Source: Mobula hypostoma (lineage: Eukaryota). From it: DNA of 64,000 bases. This document shows positions 1 to 15,548 of the stretch, piece after piece (the stretch's first letter is position 1; every line of letters starts with the position of its first letter). The notes beneath the pieces were generated by a model. It made no database searches and was not told where the DNA came from. It was given only the letters and a program-made list of their open reading frames with translations. The stretch lies in assembly GCF_963921235.1 (NCBI RefSeq), contig NC_086108.1:1798001-1862000 (forward strand), given 5' to 3'. Position numbers and translations under genes: made by a program.

Positions 1-1350
1 TTCATAAATCCTGCCTCTCAGGATTTTCTCCATTAACTTACCAACCACTGAAGTAAGACTCACTGGTTATAATTTCCTGGGCTATCCTTACTCCCTTTCT
101 TGAATAAGGGAACAACATCCGCAACCCTCCAATCCTCCGGAACCTATCCCATCCTCATTGATGATGCAAAGATCATCGCCAGAGGCTCAGCAATCTCCTC
201 CCTCGCTTCCCACAGTAGCCTGGGGTACATCCCGTCTGGTCCCGGTGATTTATCCAACATGATGTTTTCCAAAAGCTCCAGCACATCCTTTTCCTTAATA
301 TCTACATGCTCAAGCTTTTCAGCCCTCTATAAGTCATCCCTACAATCGCCAAGATTCTCCTCCGTAGTGAATACTGAAGCAAAGTATTCATTAAGTACTT
401 CCGCTATCTCCTCCGGTTCCATACACACATTTCCACTGTCACACTTGATTGGTCCTATTCTCTCACGTCTTATCCTCTTGCTCTTAACATACTTGTAGAA
501 TGCCTTGGGGTTTTCCTTAATCCTGTCCGTCAAGGCCTTCTCATGACCCCTTCTGGCTCTCCTTATTTCATTCTTAAGCTCTTTCCTGCTAGCCTTATAA
601 TCTTCTAGGTTCCTATCACTACCTAGATTTTTGAACCTTTCGTAAACTCTTCTTTTCTTCTTGACTAGATTTACAACAGCCTTTGTACACACCGATCTTG
701 TACCCTACCAACCTTTCTATGTCTCATTGGAACGTACCTATGCAGAACCCCACGTAAATATCCCCTGAACATTTGCCACATTTCTTCCGTAAGTTTCCCT
801 GAGAACATCTGTTTCCAATTTATGCTTCCAAGTTCCTGCCTGATAGCCTCATATTTCCCCTTACTCCAATTAAACGTTTCCCTAACTTGTCTGTTCCTAT
901 CCCTCTCCAATGCTGTGGTAATGGAGATGGAATTGTGATCACTATCTCCAAAATGCTCTCCAACTGAGAAACCTGACACCTGACCATGTTTTTCCAATAT
1001 CAGATCAAGTACAGCCTCTCCTCTTGTAGACTTATCTACATATTGTGTCAAGAAACTTTCCTGAACACATCTAACAAACTCCAGCCCATCTAAACCCCTC
1101 ACTCTAGGGAGATGCCAATCAATATTTGGGAAATTAAAATCTGCCACCACAACAACCCTGTTATTATTACTCCTTTCCAGAATCTGTCTCCCTATCTGCT
1201 CCTCGATGTCCCTGTTACTATGCAGTGGTCTATAAAAACACCCAGTAGAGTTATTAACCCCTTCCTATTCCTAACTTCCCCACAGAGACTCCGTAGACAA
1301 CCCCTCCATGACTTTCTCCTTTTCTGCAGCCGAGACACTATCTCTGATCA
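1..1350 (-). mobile_element. CR1-clade LINE ORF2 fragment (endonuclease C-terminus and linker), degraded
   Basis: ADFNFPNIDW, LDLIL, SDHNSI and IKENPKAFYKYV motifs in frameshifted minus-strand ORFs. Confidence 0.85.
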
Positions 1351-1854
1351 ACAGTGGTCATGGGTTAAACATGAAAGGTGAAAAGTTTAAGGGGAACATG
1401 AGGGGAAACTTTTCCACTCAGAGGGTGGTGAGTATGTGGACCGAACTACCAGCACAAATGGTGCATGTGAGCTCAATTTCAACGTTTAAGACAAGTATGG
1501 ATAGTAGGGATATGGAGGACTTTGTTCCCAGTGCAGATTAATGGGAGCAGGGAGTTTAAATGGTTTCAGCATCGACTAAATAGGCTGCTTCTGTGCCGTA
1601 CTTTTCTATGAGTCTAAGGTTTCTCAGGAGAGATGTGTTTAACATCTGTTTGCACCTTAAATCTGCAGTCGTAAATTCCTGTACCCCAAATGTATCTTCT
1701 TGCCCTTGCATAAGGTGTTTAACATTTTATTCTCATTGTCTTCTTGATTAATTTGAGGCCATCTGTTCACGTATTAAAATTAATACCCAAGGATTGCATC
1801 AGAGGGGAGTTGGGCAAAAAAGACTCCTCCCACCCCCCCCACTGCACTTGAAGA

Positions 1855-2575
1855 CCATGAGACCATAAGACATAGGAGCAGAATGAGACCATTCAGCTCA
1901 TCGAATCTGCAATGTCATTCCATCATGGCTGATCCCGGATCCCACTCAACCCCATACACCTGCCTTCTCGCCATATCCTTTGATGCCCTGGCCTATTAGG
2001 AAACTATCAACAGCATCATTTTCCAGTGGTCCAATATCAACACTCACCTCCCTTTTACTCTTTATGTAACTGAAAAAAACTTTTGAAATCCTGCTTTATA
2101 TTATTAACTAGTCTGCCCTCATATTTTATCTTCTCCCTTCTTATAGCCTTTTGTTGAATTTTAAAAGCTTCCCAATCATCCAACTACCCACTCACTTTTG
2201 CGATTTTATATGCCCTTTCCTTGGCTTTTATGCAGTCCTGAACTTCCTTTGTACTTTTCCAGCTTCCTTTGCAATCTCAACCCCACATCTTGGCTACTAT
2301 TTGGAGGCCTATATATGATTCCCATAATGGTTTTTTTACCCTTGCAGTTTCTTAACTCCGCCCACAAAGATTCAACATTCTCTGACCCTGTCATCTCTTC
2401 CTAAAGATGTAATTCCATCTCTTACCAACAGAGCCACACCATTGCCTATGCCTTCCTTCCTGTCCTTTCGATACAAAGTATATCCTTCGATGTTAAGCTC
2501 CCAACTATGGCCTTCTTTCAGCCACGACTCAGCGATGGCCACAATGTCATACCAGCCAATCTCTAATTGCTCCAC
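1855..2575 (-). mobile_element. CR1 LINE remnant (APE endonuclease N-terminus joined to 3' tail by internal deletion)
   Basis: YDIVAIAESWL, LYRKDR and IYRPPNS motifs; CR1 3' UTR and tail-like repeats near 1855-2010. Confidence 0.75.
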
Positions 2576-2701
2576 GAAGCTGTGATAAGTTTTCCCCAGG
2601 TGGCACAGCGCAACTATCCAGATGTTCTTCCCAGTGCAATTCAGACCTCTGCTTCCCCACCCCTACTCCCCCAACCACGCACTTCATAGGGTCTTCCATA
2701 C

Positions 2702-2838
2702 CTGAGGAGCTACGAGTGCGGACTCGACTACCAGCGTGCATCCTGCTGGTGCTGCCATCCCGCGAGCAGTTCCGGGACTTGGGGCGTCCTCGCTCATTGC
2801 TGGCCAGGCCGTTCATGTTCCTGTGGATTTTCCTCAAG
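2702..2838 (-). CDS. CCDC61: CCDC61 coding exon (C-terminal low-complexity region)
   Basis: LRKIHRNMNGLASNERGRPKSRNCSRDGSTSRMHAGSRVRTRSSS. Acceptor TTTCTTGTGCAG, donor GTATGG; 137 nt, phase 2/1, in frame with the upstream exon. Ends in RSSS like the equivalent tetrapod segment. Confidence 0.82.
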
Positions 2839-3137
2839 CTGCACAAGAAATTGTGGTGGCAGGAGTCAATGCAGAAATGGACCGCAGGGTGCTAGGAGCA
2901 CTCAGGTGGGCTAGATCCCTCTCCTGAGACTCAACCGTAAAATATCCATGCTCACGTTCACAACGCATGCAAGGAATACAAGAAAATAGGGTCTGGAGGA
3001 GGCCAGTCAAGCCTGCTTCTCTATTATCATCATGGCTGATCTGCCTCAGGCAACTTCTCCTCAGTGTCAGATCCCTATTGATCCCTTAAACCCTGATCTT
3101 TCAAAAATCTGTCTACCTCCAGAAGAATGGGCAATAA

Positions 3138-6100
<2,963 letters not shown>

Positions 6101-6104
6101 CTTC

Positions 6105-9035
6105 AAAGTTCAAAGTAAAATTTATTATCAGAGTACATGCATGTCATCACATACAACCTTCAGATTCTTCTTCTGCAGGCATACTTAGCAAATCCATAGA
6201 ACAGTAACTCTAAACTAAACATCAGGAATTGTAAACTAAACAAACTGTGCAAATGGGGATATAAATAAATACTGAGCATAAAATAACAGTGTTCTGAAAT
6301 GAGTGTGGCTGTTCTTGAACCTGGTGGAGCGAGTCTGAGGCTCTTGTACAAGTCTGAGGATGAGTTCACGGCGCCAGCCAGGCGTCAGAGAACATTACGG
6401 GAGTGCAGTGTTATGTGTTTCACAGGAACGGGGCTGCACAAGGACATACCCGATCAAAACTTCTCCATGGATGGCATCCAGACCATTCCGACTGACTGGA
6501 AGTGCACTGAGAGCGGTAAGCGTAAAGGAGTTGGGTGCTTACTGTTCTGGTTAACAACAGATGGTGCAATCCGGGTCATATTACGATCGAGGAATGTGTT
6601 TGTAGACCGAATATTGAACTTTTTGCTGTTGGACTTCGGCCACATTCCACCGAGATCCAACACTGGGCGGCACGGGAAGTCGTTCCTGCCTGTGGCCATC
6701 AAACGTGCAGCTCCTCCCGTGGAGGGTCAGACACCCTGAGCTAATAGACTGGTCCTGGACTTATTTTCCATCTGGCATAGCTTGCATTTTGTTGTTTGAT
6801 TGTTTGTGGTTTTTGTATTGCTATATTTACGCTCAATTCTTGGTTGGTGCGGCTGTAACAAAACCCAATTTCCCTCGGGATCAATAAAGTATATCTATCT
6901 ATCTATCTTGTGCCTTTTACCTGATGGCAGCAGAGAGAAAAGACCATGGCCTGGGGTGGTGAGGATCTTCGATGATGGATGCTGATTTTCTACAGCAACA
7001 TTTCATGTAGACGTGCTGAATGGTCAGGAGGGTTTTATCCGTGATGTATTGGGCCCAAATCAACTACCTTTTGTAGGATTTTCTGCTGAAAGGCTTTGCT
7101 GTTCCCATACCAGGTCTAATGCAGCCAGTCAGCACACTTTCCGTCACACATCAATAGAAATTCGCCAAGGTTTTTGATGACGTGCTGCATCTCCGCAGAC
7201 TCCTAAGAAAGAAGTGATGTGCTTTCTTTGCAAATATATTTATATAATGAGTCCAGGACAGGTCCTCTGAGATAGTGACACCAAGGAATTTAAAGTTACT
7301 GACCCTCTGATGATTACTGGCTCACAGACCTCTTGTTTCCCTCTCCTGCAGTCTACGATCAATTCCTTGGTCTCAATGACATTGAGTGAGAGGTTGTTGT
7401 TATTACACCACTCTGCCAAATTTTCAATCTTCCTTCTGTATGCTGATTCATCACCCGCTTTGATACAGCCCACAACAGTAGTGTCATTAGTAAGTGGTGT
7501 TGGAGCTGTACTTAGCCACACAGCCAGGTGTAAAGTGAATAGAGCAGGGGGCTAAGTACACATCCCTGTGGTGCTCCTGTGCTAATGGAGATTGTGGAGA
7601 TGTTTTTGCCAATCTGAACTGACTGGAGTCAACCAGTGAGGAAATCCAGGATCCAATTACACAGAGGGTATTGAGGCCCAGGTCTTGGAGTTTACTGATT
7701 AGTTTTGAAGGAATGATGATGTTAAATTCTGAGCTATTTTCAATAAAGAGCATCCTGATGTATGCATCTGCTGTCTGGATGTTCCAGGGTTGTGTGAAGA
7801 GCCAACAAGATAGCATCTGCTATAGGCCTGCTATTTCAGTAGTCAAATTGAAGCGGATGCAGGTCACCAGACAGGAGTGGATATGCGTCAACACCAGCCT
7901 CTCAAAACACTTCATCACTGTGGATGTAAGTGCCACTGTGCAACAGTCATTTAGACAGGGTACCATACACTGCCAGAGCAAGAGGTTGAAGACATCTGTG
8001 AATACACCAGCCAGCTGATCGGCACAGGGCTCCAGTACTCGGCTAGCTACTCCACCCGGATCAGATGCTTTCCTTGGATTCACTCTCTTGAAGGCAGCCC
8101 ACATGTCATCTTCAGATACCGAGACCAAAGGATCATCAGGAGACATGGGGGTGCGTGATGGTTCATCTCTGTTCTCGTGTTCAAAGCGAGCATAGAAGGC
8201 ATTGAGCTCATCTGGAAGCGAAGCTCTGCCATCCCCTATATCGCAAGATTTAGTTTAGTACGAAGTTTTGGCATTCAAACCCTGCCACAGCTGTCGAGCA
8301 TCCCTTGTTGATTCCATTCTAGTCCAGAATCTCCACTTTGTCTGAGAGATGGCTTCATGGAGATCATACCTGCACCTCTTGTAGCATTCTTCATCTCTAG
8401 ACTTGAATGCCTCTGATCTGGTTCTCAGCAGATTCTGGATTTCATTATTCATCCAGGGCTTCTGACTGGGGAAAACCATGAACGATTTTGTGGGAACAGA
8501 CTCATCCACAGCTGTTTTAATGAAGTCTGTTACTACCCTGGTGTAGTCATTCAGATCCTCAGACGAATTCTTGAATACAGCCCAATCCACTGACTCAAGG
8601 CAATCCTGTAACCGATCCTCAGCCTCCTGCGACCACCTCTTGGTTGTTCTGATCTCTGGGGCCTTGCTCTTTAGGCTCTGTCTGTATACAGGTAGCAGGA
8701 GTACAGACAAATGATGCGACTTGCCAAAATACGGTTTCGGGAAGGAACAGCAGGTATTCCCTATTGTAGTGTGGCAGTGGCCTAGTGTGATCTCTGGTGC
8801 AACAGGTTACATGCTGTTGATAATTGGGCAGGGTTTTCTTCAAACAGGCCTGGTTAAAGTTGCCAACTATAATTTGAAATGCGTCAGGATGGGCTGTTTC
8901 TTGTTTACAGACAGCATCGTGCAGTTTCGCGAGTGCTTGCTTATAGTCAGCCGCTAGTGGTACGTATACTGCGGTTACGATCACGGGTCAGAACCCCCGA
9001 GGCAAGTAGAAGGGTCTGCATTTAATCATTAGTTG
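6105..9035 (-). mobile_element. Rex1/Babar-like LINE (EN+RT, degraded) with a plus-strand Rex fragment inserted at about 6350-6906
   Basis: [39 protein letters not shown] motifs. The inserted piece ends in AATAAA plus a (TATC)n tail. Confidence 0.8.
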
Positions 9036-9117
9036 TTCTAATGATTAATTATTGTTATTAGGCAAAGGCCTGGTTCCCTGCCTCCCCACCCTCCCCCCAC
9101 CACTTGGTACAACTTAC

Positions 9118-9196
9118 TTCCTCTGGTCTGCCTCCTTGCGTTTGCGTTCCTTGTTGTGCACGTACGCCGTGGGGTCGAAGCGTGGCTGTCGGCTCC
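9118..9196 (-). CDS. CCDC61: CCDC61 coding exon (RFDPTAY motif; frame not in ORF track)
   Basis: SRQPRFDPTAYVHNKERKRKEADQR(N), containing the conserved CCDC61/VFL3 RFDPTA[FY]V motif. Acceptor TTTTTATTTCCTCAG, donor GTAAGT; 79 nt, phase 1/2. Confidence 0.92.
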
Positions 9197-9394
9197 CTGA
9201 GGAAATAAAAAGGAGTGAGAGCTTTGACCACAAGTTGCATTTGATGCCCTGTTGCACACAAATATTGAGCACCCTAACATACATCAACACCTAGTGAGGA
9301 GTTCCACCAGATTCCTATTGGCTAGGGGTCCAATGGGACACCCTTTAAGAGAACACTCAGCATTACTATACTGTCTTCTCTCAGAGTTGCTGAA

Positions 9395-10160
9395 AACATG
9401 AACTATTGCAAAGTCTGCTAGCTGTCAAACGTACATCACAATTGGGGGAACAGTTAAATTTGCTGATGATACAACCATTGTTGGCAGAATTTCAGGTGGT
9501 GACGAGAGGCATACAGGAGCAAGATAGATCAGCTAGTCGAGTGGTGTTACAGCAACAATCTTGCACTCAACGTCAGCAAGACCAAAGAACTGATTGTGGA
9601 CTTCAGATAGGGTAAGACAAGGGAACACACACCAGTCCTCATTGAGGGATCGGAGGTGGAAAGTGAGCAATTTTAAGTTCCTGGGTGTCAAGATCTCTGA
9701 GGATCTAACCTGAATCCAACATATTGATGCAGCTACAAAGCAGGCACAACAGGGGCTATATTTCATTTGGAGTTTGAGAAGATTTGGCATCTCATCAAAA
9801 ACACTTGAAAATTTCCACAGATGTTCCATGGAGATAATTCTAGCTAGCTGCATCACCGTCTGGTATGGGGACAAGGTCACTGCACAGGATCGAAGTAAAC
9901 TGCAGAGAGCTGTAAAATTAGTCATCTCCATCATGGGCACCAGCCTCCAAAGTATCCAGGATATCTTCAAGAAACGATGCCTCAAAAAGATGGTGTCCAT
10001 TATTAAGGACTCCCATCACCCAGGTCATGCCTTGTTCTCATTGCTACCATCAGGAAGGAGCTACACAAGTCTAAAGGCACACACTCAACGATTCAGGAAC
10101 AGTTACTTCCCCTCTGCCATCCGATTTCTGAATGAACATTCAACCCATCAACACTACTTT
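9395..10160 (+). mobile_element. Rex1/Babar-like LINE 3' fragment
   Basis: KFADDTTIVG (9456-9485), CITVWYG and FSLLPSGR...RFRNSYFPSAIRFLN motifs. Confidence 0.8.
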
Positions 10161-10424
10161 CGACCACTTTCTGGCTTCTCCCACAAAGCCAATGTCTAAT
10201 CCAATTTACCTCATCCTGAATGCTGAGCAACTGAACATTCTTGACCAGCCTCCCGTGTGCAACCTTGTCAAATGCCTTACTAAAATCCATGTAGACAACA
10301 TCCATTCCTTGCTTTCATCTAGTTTCCTGGTAACTTCCTTGAAAAACTGTTTTTGTCTATGTAAAGTATATAAGCTAATCTTTATATTTATTTTAACTTT
10401 GTGGGGTTTTTTTTGGTTCCTTAA

Positions 10425-11000
10425 GGTTGTCATAGCCGGGGGTAGTACTGGGGATAAGTTCCCACTATCTATTAAATTCTTCCAGTGGCCTGCGACTCAA
10501 ATAGCCTCTGTCAATCAATTCTAGCTCCTGACCTTCACGTATCACTTATCTACTAGGCCCATCGGAACCATTTCTACTGATAGGAGAAGGGACAAAGGCA
10601 GGTTATTGGTGCCTTAAAAACCAGTTTCTTCGAGCAGGTGGGGCTTATCAGCTGTGGTTTGCAGCTCACCAAAGAGAAGGAAAACTGATCTCAAACCTCT
10701 GCTGCCTTGCGGCTATACCCACTCATGGAAGAAGCTACAGGAGTAAACCCCGAGGGAAAAATCCAGAGCTGGTGTCCCTAAGGCAGTCCTACATTGAGTT
10801 CAATGCTGACTGGCAGCTCCGGGTGCCAAACTGCATCGGTCTTTGCTGTTGGGTTCATCAGATGTGTGGAGAGGGTGAGCTTGCTACATGGGCAACAGCT
10901 TGCTCTCCATGTTCTAGTGCCCTGACTTGTGTATCTGGACAGCTGGGACGCAACGTCCATGGTCGACCCTGACCAATGGAGACCTCTCGTGTTCCTTATA
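10425..11000 (+). mobile_element. Non-autonomous RTE-related element (5' UTR-like) carrying a degenerate HDV-like ribozyme motif
   Basis: Non-coding; GAAGGAAAACTG-ATCTCAAACC and GGAGTAAACCC...GGAAAAATC resemble RTE/Expander 5' UTRs as I recall them. HDV-like pairings are described in findings. Confidence 0.5.
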
Positions 11001-11104
11001 CTGCACCGGATCCGGAGTAACAATCATTTCACCCTCCTTTACACTTGTGTACTGAAAAATGAGAACAATCTTGAACTGTGAAACAAGAGTTAGGGGTTTA
11101 GAGC

Positions 11105-11390
11105 ACAAACACAAGAAAATCTGCAGATGCTAGAAATCCAAGCAACTCCCACAAAATGCTGGAAGAACTCAGCAGGCCAGGCCTGCTATGGAAAAGAATA
11201 AACAGTCGACATTTCAGGATGAGACTCTTCTTCAGGACTGAGAAGGAAGGGGGAAGACGCCTAAATTATAAGGTTGGGGAGAGAAAGGAGGCTAGCTGGA
11301 AGGTGATAGGTGAAGCCAGGAGGGTAAGAAAGGTCATAGGCTGGAGAAGAAAGAATCTGATAGGAGAGGAAAGTAGACAATAGACCAGAT
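11105..11390 (-). mobile_element. Penelope-like element pseudo-LTR fragment with minimal hammerhead motif at 11204-11239
   Basis: Minus strand reads AGTC-CTGAAGA-AGAGTCTCATCCT-GAAA-TGTC-GACT, followed by ...GCCTGCTGAGTTCTTCCAGCATTTTGTG. Confidence 0.7.
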
Positions 11391-12369
11391 GGAGCTGGTA
11401 CACAATTCGGTCCTGGGTGCAAGCTCAAATTACAAAAATGTCAGCATGGGATGGTGCAGGTTGAATTACTAGACTAGGGGCCAGAGTTCAAATCCCACTC
11501 CTGTAGCAGTGGAAATTAAATTTAGATTGATAATCTGGAAGTTGGAGGAAAAAGTCTAGACTTAGTATTAATGCACACAAAATGCTGGAGGAATTTAGCA
11601 GGCTAGGCAGTATCTATGGAAAAAAGTACAGTCAATGTTTCAATCCGAAACCCTTCGACAGTCCTTCAAAATTCACCCAGGAACAAGAAGATAGTGTTGT
11701 TAAAAAACCATTTAACACAATGGTTCCAGGAACAAAAGAAATGAGTAATGTAGCTAGACTGTGAAATCTGGCATTCTTCTTACATTGAGAAGACGAAGAG
11801 ACTTGAGATTAGAAGAATTGGAGGAAGGGAGTAGAGGAAATCTTATTGAAACCTATCAAATATTGAAAGGCCTAGATAGAGTGGAGTGTTTCCTACAGTG
11901 AGGGAGTCTAGGACCACAGCCTCAGAATACAAGGACATCCCTTTAGAATGTGATAAGGAAGAATTTCTTTCGCTAGAAGGTGGTTAATCTGTTGCATTCA
12001 TTGCCACAGAAGGCTGTGAAGGCCAAGTCATTGGGTGTATTTAAAGTGGAGGTTGATAGGTTATTCAATAGTGAGGACGTCAAAGGTAACAGGACAAAGG
12101 CAGGAGAATGGGGTTGAGTGGCGTAAAAAATCAGCCATAATGGAATGGTAGAGCAGACTCGATGAACTGAATGGCCTAATTCTGCTCCTCTGTCTTACCG
12201 TCTTACAAATGTCATATTCACATTCATGAAGGACTTCTCTGAAGTGAAGAGAAACCATTTCCAATAACCACAGGGCCCAGTAATCTGCGAGGATTTAATT
12301 AAATTGGCAAAACAGACAGAACTCATAGATAAGTGTGAAGAATACTCCCATTTACTGCTATACTGTTAG

Positions 12370-13996
12370 AGTCATGGAAAACTACAGCTACAGAAAAAGG
12401 CCCTTCAGCCCATCTAGTACATACCAAACCATTTAAACTGCCTTTTCCCATTGACCTACACTGGGACCATAGCCCTCCATACCCCTACCACCCATGCATC
12501 TATCCAGACTTCTCTTTTTTTTTCCCAATTTTTTTTTGATTAATTTTCTACATAGGAGAATAGAGAGTTCAAGAAAAAAATATATCAAATACATTATACT
12601 GAATCACACACACAAACTCCTTACCCTATATTCATACAAATTGATTAATTCATAATAGTGAAATATAGTAAATTTATTATATGGAAAAAAAATCTAACCC
12701 ACTACCAAGACCGAAGCTGATTAGTAAAGAAGAAAAAAGAAAAAAAAGTATATTATTAGCCACCATCTGTGCTTTAACGGCAAATCAAAGGATTTGAAAA
12801 TAGTTCAGAAAAGGTCCCCACAATGTTTGAAAGTCTTGATTAGTTTCAGAAATTGAACACCGAATCTTCTCTAAGTTTAAACATGACATCACATCACGCA
12901 GCCATTGAACATGAGTGGGCAGGACCGCATCTTTCCATTTAAGCAAGAGCGCCCTCCTAGCCATAAGAGAAATAAAAGCCAAAATGTGCAAATCAGATTT
13001 CTCCAAAATAATATCCTTTCCTCCAACATTACCAAATAAAGCGGTCAAAGGATTAGGCTTAAAATTTACTTTAAAAAGTACGGAGAATATTTGAAATACT
13101 TCTTTCCAATATTTTTCAAGACTCGGGCATGTCCAAAACATATGAATGAGTGAAGCTTCTCCAATATTACATTTATCACAATAAGGAGATATACCCAAAT
13201 AAAAGCGAGACAACTTATCCTTGGTCATGTGGGACCTATGGACCACTTTAAATTGTAGGAAGAGTGGTGAGCATATAACGATGAAGTGTTAACCAATTTA
13301 AAAGTTCTCTTCAACATTGAAATCGAGTTTGCATGCACCACTTTTGCTGGCAGCTCATTCCACTCTCACCAACCTCTGAGTGAAGAAGTTCCCCCTCAGG
13401 TTCCCCTTGAACTTCTCACCTTTCACCCTTAACCCATGACCTCTGATTGTACTCCCACCCAACCTCAGTGGAAAAAGCTTGCTTGCATTTACCCTATAAT
13501 TTACCCCTCATAATTTTGTATTTCTCTATCAAATCTCCTCTCAATCTTCTATGTTCCAAGGAGTAAAGTCCTAACCTATTCAATCTTTCCTTATAACTCA
13601 GGTCCTCCAGACCCAGCAACATCCCTGTATAATTTCTGTCTTCTTTCCACCTTACTTACATCTTTCTTGTAGATAGGTGACCAAAACCGAAGACAATACT
13701 CCAAATGAGGCCTCACCAACATCTTATACAACTTCAACATAACATCCCATCTCCTGTACTCAATACTTTGATTTATGAAGGTCTATGTGCCAAAAGTCTT
13801 TTTTACATCCTATGCCACTTTCAATGATTTATGGACCCGTATCCCAGATCTGTTTGTTCTACTGCGCTCCTCGGTGCCTTACAGTTCACTGTGTAATACC
13901 TATCCTGGTTGGTCCTGCCGAAGTGCAACACCCTGCATTAGTCTGCATTAAGTTCCACCTGCCGTTTTTCAACCCATTTTTCCAGCTGGTCCAGAT
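12370..13996 (-). mobile_element. CR1 3' fragment interrupted by an L1/Tx1-clade LINE 3' end (about 12515-13305)
   Basis: ORF 12785-13246 contains CDKC...HMFWTCP (zf-RVT-like) and LNLEKIR. T-run at 12515-12538 is the poly(A) tail; TTCTCT occurs at both junctions. Confidence 0.8.
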
Positions 13997-14053
13997 TTTA
14001 AACTAGCTTTATAGATTTGCCGTGTGTAGGTGATGCTTTGAGACATCCTGTAC

Positions 14054-14325
14054 CTGTTGGAGAGGGAGTCAGCTTGTGCACGTGGCATCGATTTCCTCTC
14101 TGACTCTCCCGAGAAGATGACCGTTCCCTACCACGAAAGGATGTCTGCCCGCCGCTCCTCTCTCTGGATGTGGATCCCGACCACTGCCTGCTCCGGTCCC
14201 TCAAGGCAGAACGGCTGCCCTCTTGAAGCCTGTGGGCTGAGCTCGTCCTGTTCTGAGAGTGCCGTTCAGAACTTGGACTAAAATTCGACCGGCTCTGGGG
14301 AGAGGGTCCTGCTGGAGTGAGTCGA
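14054..14325 (-). CDS. CCDC61: CCDC61 coding exon (Ser/Arg-rich low-complexity region)
   Basis: RLTPAGPSPQSRSNFSPSSERHSQNRTSS...RERSSSRESQRGNRCHVHKLTPSPT(G). Acceptor CTCTTCCTTCCAG, donor GTACAG; 272 nt, phase 2/1, in frame with both neighbours. Confidence 0.88.
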
Positions 14326-15074
14326 CTGGAAGGAAGAGCAGAGCATGATGAACGGAAGGGGTGGAGGAGGAAAAGGATGAAAAAAAGATTCAAAATCTGC
14401 ATGCAAATATTAGTGGGACTCAGTGGACTGAGTTTCTTAGTCTAATATAGAAGATGGCCGAACGAGTCAGGAACGGCTCAACCCCATTAGGTCCAGAGGA
14501 ATGGCTCTTTTGAGTCCTGTGGTCCTAAGACTTCAGTGGCTATCAACAGGAAGGGTCACCGGCAGGAAATCCTATAAGCTAGTTGTGGGGGTAGAGGAGC
14601 ACAGAAAGGATTGAGAGAGAGAGATACAGAGATACTGGAGGTGTTTTAAATTATGAATGAACGGTGTAGAGTAAACAATAAAAGTGATTGTCTACCTGCT
14701 ATGCACTTTCTCTGTAACGGTTACATTATATACTGCATTCACTTTTTTCTTTTTATACTACTTTGACGTATGGAACAATCGATCTGGATCGTTAGCCATG
14801 AAGGAATCAATATAGAAGAAAACATTGAACTCAAATGGATCAAGGACAGTGGAAGTAGACAGACCAAATTGTTTTTGTTCTTGCCATGAAGGCAAAGGAA
14901 TGGAGGTTGCCATTTTGTGAGCTGTTTAAAACTGTCCTTGCAGCTCCTTGTGAACTCTGAACTGATTCATGCCCTGGGATAATCTAATTAGAGCAATTGA
15001 ACACAGACACAAGGAGTTTCTGCTATTGATCTGCTAAACCTGAGATCATTCTCCGATAAGCTGTGTACTGTGTA

Positions 15075-15548
15075 CAAACATTTTAATTCCAATTCCCATT
15101 CCTGTTCTGACATGTCAATCCATGACCTCCTTCATGCCAAGATGAAGCCACCCTCAGGGTGGAGAAGCAACACCTTATATTCAGTGTGGGTACCCTTCAA
15201 CCTGATAGCTTGAATACTGGTTCCTCTTTCTGGTGAACAAATTCCCCCCTTCCCCCATTTCTCACTCTTGATCTTTTACTTCTTCTCATCTAGCTGGGTC
15301 CCCTCCTCCTTCTCTTTCACCTATGGTCCACTCTCTTCTCCTATCAGATTGCTCACTCTCCAGCTTTCAGCTTTTTCCACCCACTATCACCTTCCAGCTA
15401 GCTTCTTTCCCCTCTCCCCACCTTTTTATTCCCCCCTCCCCCCTTCTCAGTCCTGAAGAAAGGTCTCAGCTTGAAACATTCACTGTTTACTCTTTTCCAT
15501 AGATGCTGCCTGGCCTGCTGAGTCTCTCCAGTGTTTTCTATGTGTTGC
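15075..15548 (+). mobile_element. Penelope-like element 3' end (GIY-YIG endonuclease C-terminus plus pseudo-LTR with decayed hammerhead)
   Basis: Degenerate HFNS...SDMSI...EKQHLIFSVGTLQPDSLN coding remnant; AGTC-CTGAAGA...GAAA at 15449-15476. Confidence 0.75.
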
